In this document: piece by piece, positions 28,501 through 37,841 of the stretch
Layout: every line of letters begins with the position of its first letter
How positions within the stretch are numbered: the stretch's first letter is position 1
Virus record (IMG/VR): IMGVR_UViG_3300032225_000723
Coordinates: 1-45,816 of that record
Source: a virus
Taxonomy: Duplodnaviria; Caudoviricetes
DNA: 45,816 bases
Direction: 5' to 3' (one strand)
Notes under the pieces: model-generated
What the model saw: the letters and a program-made list of their open reading frames with translations, nothing else
The model's database searches: none
Told to the model about the DNA's origin: nothing
Position numbers and translations under genes: made by a program

Positions 28501-30185
28501 ATGTCAAAACCTTGCGGCAGCGCTTCAGACTTTCCAGCAAAAGCAATGTTGACTACGTTTCTATCCCGACCATCTACTTTGCGGGTGGTAATACGCTCTT
28601 CAAGGTCACCCCTGTTAATGGCATGGCGCAAAAGAGCACTGGCATCCCAGTTATCTTTAAGCCCAGAGGTGTCTTTAATATCATTAATGACACTAGTTCT
28701 CCCCATTACATCGGTGTCAAAAAACTCGTACTCAGCCTTTAAATTTTTTAAGGCTTGGTTGTACTGCTTGTCCGAGAACCGAACTGCGTTTGTGCCTTCG
28801 GGCAAAATTTGCAACGTCTTAGACTCAGGGATTTTGCGTAGCGCATCGAACGCTGAATAGAGTTGAACTGGACTCATCGCCTCTAAGTTGTCCGTCCCAG
28901 TAGTACGCATCAAGAAATCGTTGAAACCTTGAGTGCCTGTCTCTACGTTCTTGTTCTTTGCAGTTTCAATAACGGTATCTACGGTTGGTACAACCGTGCC
29001 GTCATAGCCCGTCTTATAGGTTAAGAAGTTATCCAACGCACCTTGTTTAGCCTCTGTTGTATCAGAACTGTGACGTAAAGCGTCTACATAGTCTTCTAAA
29101 GAGTAGGAAGATAAACGTGGCTTGCCGTTGTCTTTGCGGTCTTTGTTGATATACGCTATTTGGTCAGGAGTAAGTTCACCCTCAACAAAGTTACCTAATG
29201 GATTTTGGAATGGGTCGTACTTGCGCTCATTTAATAATTGTTCTTCAGGCGCTGGCAACATCAGCATTTCTGATGGGCGTGGAGGCGCTGCTGTAGGAGT
29301 TGGCTCGTTTAAACGCTCTTGAGTCTGCTGCGGGAACGCTTTGTCAAATTTATGACCAACAGTTCCAAACGCACCACCAAGTACTGCACCGCCAATAAAG
29401 TTTTCGTAATAGGCTTTACGAGCCTCTTCATCTGCAATATTTTGACCAGCCTGTAAACGTTGCAAAAATTCTTGTCCTACTTCAGTAGAACCTTCAATAC
29501 CAGCAACCTTAGTGCCAGCCAATGCATATTCTCCAGCCGTAGCCAACATGCCTTTTTTGGCAACTTCTTTGGCTACATCATCCGTAATTGATATACCAGC
29601 CTTGCCAAAGATTCGGTTAACAATTGGAAAAGCCTTAAGAGAAAAAGTGTCTAGAGCGGCTTGTGGTATAGCCGTAGCACCCGCTTTAAGAAGACTTGTA
29701 TCGGCAAGACGTGTGCCATCTTCCATTTGAGCGGCTAAGTTTGAGCCTGTATATTGCGCTGCACCAGCAGTTAAAGCACCAAGGGTAGCAGCACCAATAC
29801 CAGCAACGGCTAACTCTGGGGCGGCAATTGCGGCTGCGCCAGCACCAACAATAGGAGCAACAATGTACGGTACTGAACCGCCTAAAGTCTCTTTAAATTT
29901 GGTAAACGGGGCTTCAGTCCAACCTTCTTCGGTTGGTTTAAACATCTTTTGGGCTTTAATGTCTTGCTCACGTTTGTACTTCTCTGCTTCTTCTAAACCC
30001 ATTAGTCCAGTTTTAGCAAGAGTCAAAGCGCCTTCGCCCTTCATCCGTTCATAGGATGACTTTAAAGCGCCAGTAAAACCCGTGTCAGGTTTAACTTCTG
30101 GCTCTGTAGATACTGGGGCTTGCCAACCTTGTTCCCAAGGTTGCTTGGCTTGTTGTGACCAATTCTCTTCCCAAGGATTAGCCAT
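22533..30185 (-). CDS. Giant polyvalent virion/ejection protein (metallopeptidase-like, glycosylase-like, ART-like and LPD38-like domains)
   Basis: 2550 aa; HESIH; TIDRW...PRQIQAVLW; [12 protein letters not shown]...VYHAT...GYYFT...NQIKS; C-terminal [10 protein letters not shown]. Confidence 0.75.
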   Translation of the reverse strand: MANPWEENWSQQAKQPWEQGWQAPVSTEPEVKPDTGFTGALKSSYERMKGEGALTLAKTGLMGLEEAEKYKREQDIKAQKMFKPTEEGWTEAPFTKFKETLGGSVPYIVAPIVGAGAAAIAAPELAVAGIGAATLGALTAGAAQYTGSNLAAQMEDGTRLADTSLLKAGATAIPQAALDTFSLKAFPIVNRIFGKAGISITDDVAKEVAKKGMLATAGEYALAGTKVAGIEGSTEVGQEFLQRLQAGQNIADEEARKAYYENFIGGAVLGGAFGTVGHKFDKAFPQQTQERLNEPTPTAAPPRPSEMLMLPAPEEQLLNERKYDPFQNPLGNFVEGELTPDQIAYINKDRKDNGKPRLSSYSLEDYVDALRHSSDTTEAKQGALDNFLTYKTGYDGTVVPTVDTVIETAKNKNVETGTQGFNDFLMRTTGTDNLEAMSPVQLYSAFDALRKIPESKTLQILPEGTNAVRFSDKQYNQALKNLKAEYEFFDTDVMGRTSVINDIKDTSGLKDNWDASALLRHAINRGDLEERITTRKVDGRDRNVVNIAFAGKSEALPQGFDIRNQEFKQGVVPENYEVKNGSVTLDRVKTPEEAQASSIKHAAINEKLAQPIRNKVEKLNKAIESMNTALDINKSQGYFGTPAHDALSADMGARIRKAQAQIAFHEKEIQNLTNPLKVVPMGEKPVVNKKHVFYDEEGKPVASFKEKDLAEQFGLMRKNKDGDFVVSNDMLQQIIDTAPTTKGTLPKRYAAYAKKELERRAGNAPKGIEVRASMYTPKVEENFEKIRQSLLPTLKRFGLERVGLNIVKSIADGQADGSYVRELIKIAYNAENPMGTLRHESIHALKNLGAFTDGEWNTLKNKAKSDWIKQYIKPDVYESYKADFKERTGGLKGFDDFIAEEAIAEAFANYSRTSPPAGLIGNLFKRLSDLFKALLNAFKLNGFKSAEDIFQKVERGEAKIKAPKPQAVPEEEKFQKETIRKIGDNLVGAPPDARTVKDRTALVKRMTNLLEHPYSMYDKSKDWYERSGDSIADIAHGDKDLMEKIVRLTALYSQANSLGGNITAVIKSMAQLAKGDITAYAGRFPETTAKVIPEILKAKEFNTNLAGVEDKLMNFYQNLHDGTFKTDTFEDASTIDRWMMRLFGYPHSEDREEGGANSVSATQYKYAKDLIRRIADANEKRTAKYDKEGNLTQAGEKLLPRQIQAVLWTYIKNTTEYQKAKAEGKEKDFKPNSLDFSDYVNRATANITWESRPSTSIDMLQGIHNAPRKQQDEFNRAVRNIFETEDGESKIFKLLNEGVLYSSQNSIGAYENQIAPNVITKLVLTKDEKGHVTDVADKTAAIIGYVTKQDAVPWYRADPTASGKMASKGYKVTVNQDITQDFEESLFKHLDEVMPGVGFTRVDNSFDFINFRGDDGKPFFMKDAPYIDTLQTALEKFGGDKVEFTITPFRAESAYIYNNWKENPDGKGYLERFSPRQLTDIQPTLDNWRKDYDSIAEEFGKEYGWNKPSEGTTGGTAEEGEQFQLRAPKTTEFKRWFGNSKVVDNDGNPLAVYHATSNFEGNEFKPSPKKNRTGNPDGYYFTHDIEDANRYAGAEEGAEIIPAFLSIKKPYPYGQKTVHTQAMVEQFEKELRADNPTLGDGWINEKVATFKQGRFPNITFPTDAMTRVIQAGGYDGMKDGRDWVAFKPNQIKSAFNQKPTEDADIRFQRKSLNIDPAIQNRINATTHKRVEQGFVERLMDAISPTAIARFRQAFLNKYEGIERLSRAIGEKFGADQLLAENSAIAAALQSDRAAGVAASSFRDGVPVYDKGYTYVSDLDGKVKGLIPILEPLMQYNNPDIFQAFQFYAGTKRGKRLLADGREQLFTKEDIDYGNKLEQQFPEFKDVFNEYQKYNQGLVNYMKDTGVISDKEAKLWTENWDYIPFYRQLDGETTAGPRVFSALAGVAKPKKLKGGEAELADFMETIVRNARAAIEAGMKNEAANRVVRDAVRMELAEEVPLGVTGSDIVTVKEKGLTKYYRVADPLLVESMKGLNLPQMEFLSWLAAPANLLRNFVTKDPGFMIANLGRDSLQAWITSGTGMTPIVDTFKQFTKTLTNQSPEASALARAGLTGYDFSGDVASTAKMVEKELRKRGGARTSQEKALLPLTAFWDALEHGSHASDMATRAEVYKRTLERTGSEAEAFYQAMEVLNFSRKGNNAVIRVLSAMVPFFNARVQGLDILYRSGWGKMATENADVMKKAFASRALTMMGMSMLYWFMVSDDDEYKKLNKEERDNYWIVPALSINGKPFRFPIPFELGVVFKVLPERVLETAFGNDTGKDLKEALFRNAMSTLQFNPIPQAFVPIVENVANYSFFTGEPVVGRGMEDVAPQFQSNAGTSQFVKDLGAATGTSPIKIENLIRGYTGTMGTYAMQLLDAVYRGQGDPVKASMRLEQMPVIKRFFASDSGTVSAYYDMKSEIDQITRTMNVLERTGNNEDLKEYLQDHGKLYGLKNYVNLIDKDMKRLRQMQIAITNSTTIDADAKRQALDAIHDRQVAITARIKMLRKQFD

Positions 30186-30188
30186 GTT

Positions 30189-31892
30189 TTAAACCTTTTC
30201 CCAGTTAGCCTTATTGTTTGGGTCACCGCCTTTGAACTTGTAATTGCCATCAGCGCCCTTAACGACAGTGCCTACTGCTGGACCGCCACCGCCTCCAGCA
30301 CCACCGTTACTAGCCCAATTGTACAATTCTTTGGCTTTTTGTCGCTTTTGTTCTTCAGTTAAAGTCGCATTCATTGGGTCTTGAATAACTGACTTATAAG
30401 CCTCTTCAAGAGTCATTGTTCCAGCCTTAGACTGACCTTGCATTATTTTAAATAATTCAGGGTTGGTCTTAGCCAATTGAACCATTTCTGCATATTGGGA
30501 TGGCTTACCAGCAGAAATCATATGGGCTTGAGCAGTCATGCGTTTAACTTCAAGTTCAGCCAAATCCATTTTGTTCTTTTGCTGTGCAGCACGAGCCTCT
30601 TCAACACCTTTAACGTCACCACGTTTACGAGCATCATCTTCTTTAGCAATGTTGCTTTGCAAACCAGCCATTTCAACGGCTTGTTTATCACGTAATGCGT
30701 TCTGTTCTTGCTCCATTTTTGAACCAGCCTGTGCGCTGATAGCGGCTTGGTAACCAAAACCCTTTTCAGGAGCGGCAGTAGCAAAAGAAGCAAGGCGCTC
30801 AATCGTACGGTTGTATGGGTCTTCAGCCTCTTGACCAGCACGTCTAGCCTCAATAGCGGCATAGCGTTTCTTGATGTCAGCCATTGGGTCATTGGAAACA
30901 CCAGCCAACTCATTGAGTTTTTGCCTACGAGCAAACAACTGCTCATCAGTTAAATCAGCCATTGCAGGATTTTGACTAAACGCTGGGGGACGAACTTGAC
31001 CAGAACTGGTAGCCGATGCTTGCTTGTTTGGATTGGCAGGAACGGCATTAGGCTGAACCTTTTGATTTCTCATAGCCGCACCAGCCTCTGCATCTTCAAC
31101 GTCAGAAGCAGTTACTTTTGTAGCATCTGCTTTAGCCTTTTCTTCTGGCTTACGAATGAAATGGTCATAGTATGGGGTCATACTATTGGTCATATCAGGG
31201 CTATCGCCATACAAATATGGTAGGTCAGTGCCAGTAATTGCACGAATTGGGCGAATGATTCCAGTGTTAACCACACCAGCGGCAGCACGTTGTGGCAACG
31301 TCAAAATGTCTGCGGCAGCAGCGCCAAACTGCTTTAAACCGCCTAAGAAACCTTCACGGTCTTCTTGCATCTGTCTGGCATTAGCCGCATCACGTACTGT
31401 CTTATCATCTGTTCCATCAGAAAAAGCCACAATACCGCCATTTGCATAAGAAGATTGACGAAACATGTGTGGCAATGGGAGGGAAGACAAACCGCCTTCA
31501 GCCATTGGCATTGGAGGAGCAGCATTAGGCTGCACTTGTCCAGTAGGAGCGCCAGCAATATTAACTTGTGGGTTGCCCAAAGTCTTAGATGGAGCAGTCA
31601 TACTTGGAGCCAACTGCGGAGGCATTTGGGTAGGATTAACTTGCCCAGTAGGGGCTGCTGCTGGATTTATTTGTCCAATGGGAGCGCCAGTTAAAGAACT
31701 TTCAATTTGGTCTTTAACAGTAGGTTGTTGACCGTAAAAAGCAGAAGACGTATCTTCAACTTGTTTTCTACGGTTTAATTCAGCCAAAGCAAGGTAAGCG
31801 GGTACATCAGGATTTGACCCGTTCGCATATTTCATTACGTCTTGTGTAGGAAGACCACGAATGGCATCCATTGTTTGAATTAAATTAAACAT
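30189..31892 (-). CDS. Ejection (internal virion) protein
   Basis: Ala/Gln-rich; AEGG/ANGG motifs; position between ejection genes. Confidence 0.6.
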   Translation of the reverse strand: MFNLIQTMDAIRGLPTQDVMKYANGSNPDVPAYLALAELNRRKQVEDTSSAFYGQQPTVKDQIESSLTGAPIGQINPAAAPTGQVNPTQMPPQLAPSMTAPSKTLGNPQVNIAGAPTGQVQPNAAPPMPMAEGGLSSLPLPHMFRQSSYANGGIVAFSDGTDDKTVRDAANARQMQEDREGFLGGLKQFGAAAADILTLPQRAAAGVVNTGIIRPIRAITGTDLPYLYGDSPDMTNSMTPYYDHFIRKPEEKAKADATKVTASDVEDAEAGAAMRNQKVQPNAVPANPNKQASATSSGQVRPPAFSQNPAMADLTDEQLFARRQKLNELAGVSNDPMADIKKRYAAIEARRAGQEAEDPYNRTIERLASFATAAPEKGFGYQAAISAQAGSKMEQEQNALRDKQAVEMAGLQSNIAKEDDARKRGDVKGVEEARAAQQKNKMDLAELEVKRMTAQAHMISAGKPSQYAEMVQLAKTNPELFKIMQGQSKAGTMTLEEAYKSVIQDPMNATLTEEQKRQKAKELYNWASNGGAGGGGGPAVGTVVKGADGNYKFKGGDPNNKANWEKV

Positions 31893-31905
31893 ATACGCTC
31901 ACTCA

Positions 31906-33210
31906 TTATTCTGGTGGTGGTTCTGAAGAATTGGTATCAATGGTTTGATTTGCCCAATAGTCATTTACTGTATTAGGGTCGCTACCAATAACATTAGGGT
32001 CAGCCTGAGTAGCAGCAGAAGTTGGCTCTCTGTAATCAGCGCTTACCCATACTGGATTATTGTTTTCATCAAAGCCAAAACCGGGGTTTAAGTTTCCGTT
32101 GTCATCGTACGGAGTTTGACCTCCCGGTCCTGTTGGGTATACATAGTTGCCATTGGCATCCATAGTCACACCACCAGTGGCTGTTGGGTCATTCTTCGTT
32201 AAGCCGTTGATGTACTTAGCAATTGCAGGGATAGACATACCCGCTGCTTTAAGGTCTTTAACCATTCCTGCAACGCCTGAAATACCACCAGCAGCAGACT
32301 GTGCGAGACTTTGTTTTGCAGAGTATGTGTTGGTTGTAGTTGCTGGCAAGCCGTTGATGATGTTCTTTTGTAGGTTGAGCATATCCTGTGGATATTTCAA
32401 TTGACGCAAATACTCGTTGTATTGAGCGTTTAAAGCCTGTTGATTCAATGCTTGTTGGTCTGCTCCAGCCTTGGATTGCGCTTGGAGGTTTGCCAAACCA
32501 TATTGAGCACCTTGAGCGCCAGCATTTGCCGCAGCAGTCTGAGCCTGAGTTGCAGCCTGTAAGCCCTGTAAACCATAGGTAGCGGCAAACTGATTGCCTG
32601 ATTGATTTAATTGCTGGGCTTGCATATTACGTGCTTGGTCAGCATTAAACTGTTGTGCCGCTTGGTTGTAGGCTTGGTTGTAGCCAGAACCAATCAAACC
32701 AGCCTGTTGAGCCAGCAAATTGTAGTTGTTTTGACCTTGCAAAATAGCCTGACGTGAACCACCGTAAGCGCCAGCCTGTGTCAATTTAGCCATATCGCCC
32801 AATTGATTAATCTGTTGCTGACGTTGTAGTGCCGCTAATTGTGGGTCAAGAGCCTTCTGAATGTACGGATTCATGTACTGTTCAGCGGCAGCCTTATTAA
32901 ATTCATTGGCAGTAATAGTGTTTGGCGTATAAGTTAACGCCTGTTCTTTATTACTTATGTCGTTTAAATTGTTTCCTGCATTTTGCAAAGATGCTGGCAA
33001 AGTCAAACCACTAAGACCACTCCATGCTTGATTTTGAAGTTCAGAAGGTCCAGCAGTCAATTGACCTTGGTATGCTGGCATTGCCGTATCAGTAAGAGCC
33101 TGTGCCTTACTAAGCATATCGCTCACATATGGTTGAGCATATGGAGAAACTGTTTGCTGGGTAGACGTGCTTGGTGTAGCGTTTAAACCGCTAGATGAGA
33201 AAAGTCCCAT
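31906..33210 (-). CDS. Ejection/DNA pilot protein, N-terminus MGLFSS
   Basis: Gln/Ala-rich; YMNPY and AGAYGGSRQ motifs typical of podovirus ejection proteins. Confidence 0.7.
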   Translation of the reverse strand: MGLFSSSGLNATPSTSTQQTVSPYAQPYVSDMLSKAQALTDTAMPAYQGQLTAGPSELQNQAWSGLSGLTLPASLQNAGNNLNDISNKEQALTYTPNTITANEFNKAAAEQYMNPYIQKALDPQLAALQRQQQINQLGDMAKLTQAGAYGGSRQAILQGQNNYNLLAQQAGLIGSGYNQAYNQAAQQFNADQARNMQAQQLNQSGNQFAATYGLQGLQAATQAQTAAANAGAQGAQYGLANLQAQSKAGADQQALNQQALNAQYNEYLRQLKYPQDMLNLQKNIINGLPATTTNTYSAKQSLAQSAAGGISGVAGMVKDLKAAGMSIPAIAKYINGLTKNDPTATGGVTMDANGNYVYPTGPGGQTPYDDNGNLNPGFGFDENNNPVWVSADYREPTSAATQADPNVIGSDPNTVNDYWANQTIDTNSSEPPPE

Positions 33211-33211
33211 G

Positions 33212-35608
33212 TTATTTCCTTACCTTTGGCATGTATTGATGAGCATCAATCTGCTTACCTTGTTTTGGGTTTCCTGTTCTGGCTTTGCGTACACGCTCCA
33301 TCATTTGATAAAGCACTTTAGCGCCAGCCTCTGAAGACCCATTACCTAAATGAGAAACCACATCAGCGGGAATGACAAACTCTTCGTTTGCAAGACGGGC
33401 TGGCTGTCTACCAGCAATGCTTGCGGGAATGTCATCAGACATGCCATCTCCCGGTCCTTTTAGCAATCTACCGCCATCGGAGTAACCGCCAAGACTAGAA
33501 ATGCCGCCTGTGTTCATGGCAATTGGCATACCTCCACCAGCAAACATATTGACTGAATTGGATGGGTCAGCGTTGTATTGTTGCGATGAAATATTTGAAA
33601 CGCTCAAGTGATTGCCATCATCAATTGTTGGCTGAATATATTGAGGCTTCATCTGCCCAAATTGATTTTGGGTAGGTTGTGTATATGGCATTTGTCCATA
33701 TGCCGCTTGAGGTTGTGAGCCAGCACTTTGTTGTGGAATATCGCCAGTAGGATATTGTTGGTTTTGCAACGGAGATTGCATGTAAGGAGGAGGAGTAAGG
33801 CTCAATAAACCACCTTCAGCCGCTTTAATATAAGTTGGATTAAGGAATTGTTGACCATAAGCACGTCCATCAATTGGTGCGTTTACGGCATTAGGATTCC
33901 AATTAAAGCCATAACCACTTGAACTTCCAGCGCCTGTAGATTGAGTGCCTGAAGTTAAGTTGTCGTAAATGCCTAAACCAGCACCAATAAGGCTAGGAAT
34001 TATTGAACCGCCACCGCCAGTTTTACTACCAGTAGTGCCAGTAGTACCAGAAGATTTCATGCCACTGCCAGTATTTTTACTACCGCCAAAAGCAGAACCT
34101 CCAAGAGCAGAGCCACCTAGTAAAGCGCCAGCCAAATTTGCTAAAGAACTGTCTGATGCTGGTTTTTCTTCTGGAGGAGGCTCTTCTGGTTTTGGACCAA
34201 ACTCTTCACTAGATTTTCCATCAGGAGTAATAAAAGTGACAGAGCCATCAACGTTAAATATGCGTTGACTTCCATCTTGTTCCAATACTGTGGTTGAACC
34301 ATCAGGGTTATTGGTAATTTTTGCTGGGTAATCTCCCGCTTGGTCACCCAAAGAAAAATCTGTTGAACCAGCAGTAGTTCCAGAAGTATCTTTTGGAGCA
34401 GTAACGTTAATAGTGCCTAAATCTGTAACGGGTTCATTGTTATAAGAAGATGGAGCGGCTTTAATCACTTCTCCGTTGGCAGTAATCCATGCTGGATTTC
34501 CTTGGGTATCAGTACCTTGCACCAATCCAAAGTTTTCAGCAGAACCTAACTGTCTACCTTGTGCATCAAATGCATTACCAGCGGCATCTACTTTAGCCAC
34601 GTTTGAAGCCTGTGTTTCAGGATACAAAGCCGCAATCAATTGATTGACGTTTTCTTCTTCTGCCGTATTTTGAACTGGAAGACCAGTTGCTGGGTCATAA
34701 ACAGTAACAGTGCCTTTTAATTGTTTAATGGCTTCTTCTGTAGGTGTTAATCCTGCATCACTTGCAGTTGCACCAGAACTAGCCAATTGTGGATAGTTAG
34801 GAGCAACGTTTTCAGTAGCCGTTGGCAATTCAGCCAAAGTCTTGTCTGTTGTTTCAAGTTCTGCCTTTTTAACAGTATCGTCAGTTGCGCTCTTATAAGC
34901 ATCATTGGCAGCACCGCCAGCATAGTTAATACCAGTACCAACAATCCCGCTTGCAATCGCTCTTTCAGCCGCAGTAGTTGCATCACCGCCACGCAAAGCA
35001 GCAGTAGTTGCAGCGCCAACCCCGCTACCAACCAATTTGTCGGCAATACTGGTTCCAGTACCGTTTAAATCGGCTTCGGCAGTAACGCCAGCGCCAACTC
35101 CAGAACCAACACCCGCAGTTAAACCACGAGTTAACGCAGCGCCAACATCTTGACCTTGAACAAGTCCAGCGCCAGTTTGTAATGCTGTTGTTGATAACCC
35201 TCTGCCTACAGCAGATGGAAGTGACTCAATGCCAGTATTGGCTCCAATATCAGTAAGGGCTTGTCCAAAAGCAGTGTCTGCCAAGCCTGATGTAATTCCA
35301 GAACCCAGTTCAGGCGCTACGTAAGAAATTGCTGCGCTAGTAAGTGCCTGTTGCACATCACCGCCATGAGCAACAACGTCCACCGCACTAATAACTGGAA
35401 GAAGTTCAAACTGTCCCGTGGCAACCGCAGCGACTTTGGCTATCGTTCCTATTGGGTCATTGACTGCCGTCTCAACAACTGTAGATACGGTATCGCCCAC
35501 AAAATTAACAACATCGCCAGCCGCCTGAACAACAGCATCGGTAACGTCACCAACGGCATCACCAACTGAACTGACTACGTCAGAGACTGCATCTGCTACG
35601 GCTCCCAT
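33212..35608 (-). CDS. Ejection protein, N-terminus MGAVADAV
   Basis: Amphipathic Gly/Ala-rich N-terminus; C-terminal GPGDGMSDDIPA...ARLANEEFVIPADVV. Confidence 0.7.
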   Translation of the reverse strand: MGAVADAVSDVVSSVGDAVGDVTDAVVQAAGDVVNFVGDTVSTVVETAVNDPIGTIAKVAAVATGQFELLPVISAVDVVAHGGDVQQALTSAAISYVAPELGSGITSGLADTAFGQALTDIGANTGIESLPSAVGRGLSTTALQTGAGLVQGQDVGAALTRGLTAGVGSGVGAGVTAEADLNGTGTSIADKLVGSGVGAATTAALRGGDATTAAERAIASGIVGTGINYAGGAANDAYKSATDDTVKKAELETTDKTLAELPTATENVAPNYPQLASSGATASDAGLTPTEEAIKQLKGTVTVYDPATGLPVQNTAEEENVNQLIAALYPETQASNVAKVDAAGNAFDAQGRQLGSAENFGLVQGTDTQGNPAWITANGEVIKAAPSSYNNEPVTDLGTINVTAPKDTSGTTAGSTDFSLGDQAGDYPAKITNNPDGSTTVLEQDGSQRIFNVDGSVTFITPDGKSSEEFGPKPEEPPPEEKPASDSSLANLAGALLGGSALGGSAFGGSKNTGSGMKSSGTTGTTGSKTGGGGSIIPSLIGAGLGIYDNLTSGTQSTGAGSSSGYGFNWNPNAVNAPIDGRAYGQQFLNPTYIKAAEGGLLSLTPPPYMQSPLQNQQYPTGDIPQQSAGSQPQAAYGQMPYTQPTQNQFGQMKPQYIQPTIDDGNHLSVSNISSQQYNADPSNSVNMFAGGGMPIAMNTGGISSLGGYSDGGRLLKGPGDGMSDDIPASIAGRQPARLANEEFVIPADVVSHLGNGSSEAGAKVLYQMMERVRKARTGNPKQGKQIDAHQYMPKVRK

Positions 35609-36078
35609 TACATTTGTCCTTCACGCTTTGGTCCAAGCACTGTAGTTACACGATAGCCACCGCCTTTGGTTTTTTGAACCGCATAGCCCATCGTTGGTTT
35701 ACCGTCTACATCGGGATTGATTTCTGAACGGTGTTTTTGGACATATTTAAAAATGCTTAATAGAGTTGGGTCTTCAAAGTCTGTAACCATGACATCAAAA
35801 CCAGCCATGTACATAGCCTTTGCATAGTCAACGCTATTATTTAAGTAATTGTTTGCTGTATCAGCGTTTAAAGCACGAAACAAAGCAGTACGGTCTTTGC
35901 CGGGATGAACAATAAAAAGGGTATTTCCTTGACGCATAAGAATAGCGCCAGATTCATGGGCTTCAGCAGTCACTGCTGCAAGCACTTGGTCTGGAGAATA
36001 CTTAGACTTTGTCTGCTTTGTAGCCTCAAGAATAATCTCAGGCGGGTCTAGCAATTTCTTTTTACTGTCAACTAGCAT
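35608..36078 (-). CDS. Putative GNAT-like acyltransferase
   Basis: 156 aa; strand/helix pattern ending YAKAMYMAGFDVMVTD...LSIF resembles a GNAT fold; sits where podoviruses often carry an acetyltransferase-like gene. Fold call is an inference. Confidence 0.45.
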   Translation of the reverse strand: MLVDSKKKLLDPPEIILEATKQTKSKYSPDQVLAAVTAEAHESGAILMRQGNTLFIVHPGKDRTALFRALNADTANNYLNNSVDYAKAMYMAGFDVMVTDFEDPTLLSIFKYVQKHRSEINPDVDGKPTMGYAVQKTKGGGYRVTTVLGPKREGQM

Positions 36079-37196
36079 TGTGCATCCTTAAAAATTGCAG
36101 CGGAATACACGTTGCCCATTCCAGCCGCAAGGCTCAAAATCAAACCACCCTTCTCTGATGGGGCTGGTTCGCTAAGAAAAACCTTGTCTTCGTCTGTACG
36201 GTTAGCAATTGCTGGCACAAAACCGTTTTTGATATTATCCAACAATAATACAGTTTCAAGCAAGCCGCTTGCCCCCATAGTATGCCCGATTCTTTGTTTA
36301 AACGATGTTGCCACAAAATCGTTCAAAATGCTAGTCAATGCATGTCTTTCTGCAATATTATTTGACTTTGTTCCTGTGCCGTGAGTCTTGACCGTTCGTA
36401 TCTTAGAGCGTTGGACTTGGGACATGTACAACGCACCTTCAATGGCTCGTTTAAATCCTTGCCCATCTTCTCGTTGACCAATTGCATTTGTTGAGTCTTC
36501 GCCTGATGTGTAAGCCCCCATGAGTCGGGCTTTAGGTTTAAACCCTGTCAGTTTCATGCTTTCTTCAGTCTCAAAGACAGCAAAGACTGCGCCTTGACCT
36601 ACATGAAAGCCATAGTTCTTCTCATCAAAAGCGCTAGGAATAATGCCAGCATCATCGTCTTTTGCCGTCAACACTGCGCCTGATTCACCAAAGAAGTTTA
36701 GTACCGCATTGGTTACCGCATCTTCCACACCTAAAACAATGACTCGCTCCATGCCATACAACTTAATCAAGTTGTAAACATCCATCATCACCTTGAGACT
36801 AGACGCACAGGCTGATGCATCAGTCATAACGTGATTGGTCACTCCACAAGCACTAGCCGTCCGTCCAGCATAAACTTGCGTCAAAGCCATTGGCAAAAAC
36901 TTGTAGGTGTAGGATAGTCGGGTTTTCCCTAAGTCTACAGGCTCTATCCCTGCAAAATGGGCATTCCCAGAAGCAAGAATAAAAGCAGTACGGCAACGGT
37001 TTTCCCGCAGCGTTTGAAGCAGTTCTTTGTCCAGCACTTTCTCAGCCAAACGGTGGGGCGCATAAATCATCCCCGTGTCTTTCCCCTTGTAGGTCTCTGG
37101 AAACCAGTGAACTCGTTGTGGAAAATGTTTTAACTCATCAATAAAATCGATGTTTTCGGTACATGCAGTGCGGGTTTCGGTAAGGTAAATCACCAA
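36072..37196 (-). CDS. Beta-ketoacyl-ACP synthase (FabB/FabF-like)
   Basis: Cys-His-His triad: DASACASS, KTHGTGT, KQRIGHTMGASG; GQGA and AAGMG motifs. Confidence 0.92.
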   Translation of the reverse strand: MVIYLTETRTACTENIDFIDELKHFPQRVHWFPETYKGKDTGMIYAPHRLAEKVLDKELLQTLRENRCRTAFILASGNAHFAGIEPVDLGKTRLSYTYKFLPMALTQVYAGRTASACGVTNHVMTDASACASSLKVMMDVYNLIKLYGMERVIVLGVEDAVTNAVLNFFGESGAVLTAKDDDAGIIPSAFDEKNYGFHVGQGAVFAVFETEESMKLTGFKPKARLMGAYTSGEDSTNAIGQREDGQGFKRAIEGALYMSQVQRSKIRTVKTHGTGTKSNNIAERHALTSILNDFVATSFKQRIGHTMGASGLLETVLLLDNIKNGFVPAIANRTDEDKVFLSEPAPSEKGGLILSLAAGMGNVYSAAIFKDAQC

Positions 37197-37477
37197 TCTA
37201 CCCCTTTGATGGCTTCTTCAACAGTGCCAGATGGCTCTTTAGTTTTGTGCAACTGTATAAAATCCCAGCATTCCCTAGCCGATTTAAACGTCATTTCTTT
37301 GCCAATTTCATCTGGAATGCCATAGATGTCACAGAAATAAATGCACATCATCATGCCATCCATACTATCTAGACCAGTATCTTTTAGGTCATCATCTAGA
37401 GTAACGATGGGCGTAAAGTCTTGATGGGACGGTATTGCCGTACGTGCCACCTTGTTAAACAGTTCAATAAAGTCCAT
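37190..37477 (-). CDS. Acyl carrier protein
   Basis: 95 aa acidic protein; LKDTGLDSMD phosphopantetheine-Ser motif; YGIPDE; overlaps the KS start. Confidence 0.8.
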   Translation of the reverse strand: MDFIELFNKVARTAIPSHQDFTPIVTLDDDLKDTGLDSMDGMMMCIYFCDIYGIPDEIGKEMTFKSARECWDFIQLHKTKEPSGTVEEAIKGVDW

Positions 37478-37520
37478 GCTTTTCCTTTAAGTTATGACAC
37501 GAACGTTAGTGTACCAATCA

Positions 37521-37841
37521 TCATCCAACTTTCCAATTAGTTCCGTCAGAATAGACGGGCACTTTGTTAGTTCCACCAGAGGCAACAGTTGAGCCAAACG
37601 TGGAAACGGAAGAGTCAGTTACAAAGGCTCTATACCCAACTCCAGAACCACTGGCGCTTGGAAGTGAACCAACCGTGTAAACAAGGTTTGTTGGCTGCTC
37701 GGCAACAAGCGTAGCCAATACGCTATTTTCTTGATTGAAATAAAGGCGCAGAACGTTAGTCAGTTGGTTAAGGTATAACTTGCTGAATTGGTCTTGTGGT
37801 AGCGGTAGATTGGGTACTGCTGGGGCTTGAACTTGACTCAT
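37521..37841 (-). CDS. Small virion protein
   Basis: PNLPLP...LRLYFNQ N-terminus; VPVYSDGTNW C-terminus. Confidence 0.65.
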   Translation of the reverse strand: MSQVQAPAVPNLPLPQDQFSKLYLNQLTNVLRLYFNQENSVLATLVAEQPTNLVYTVGSLPSASGSGVGYRAFVTDSSVSTFGSTVASGGTNKVPVYSDGTNWKVG

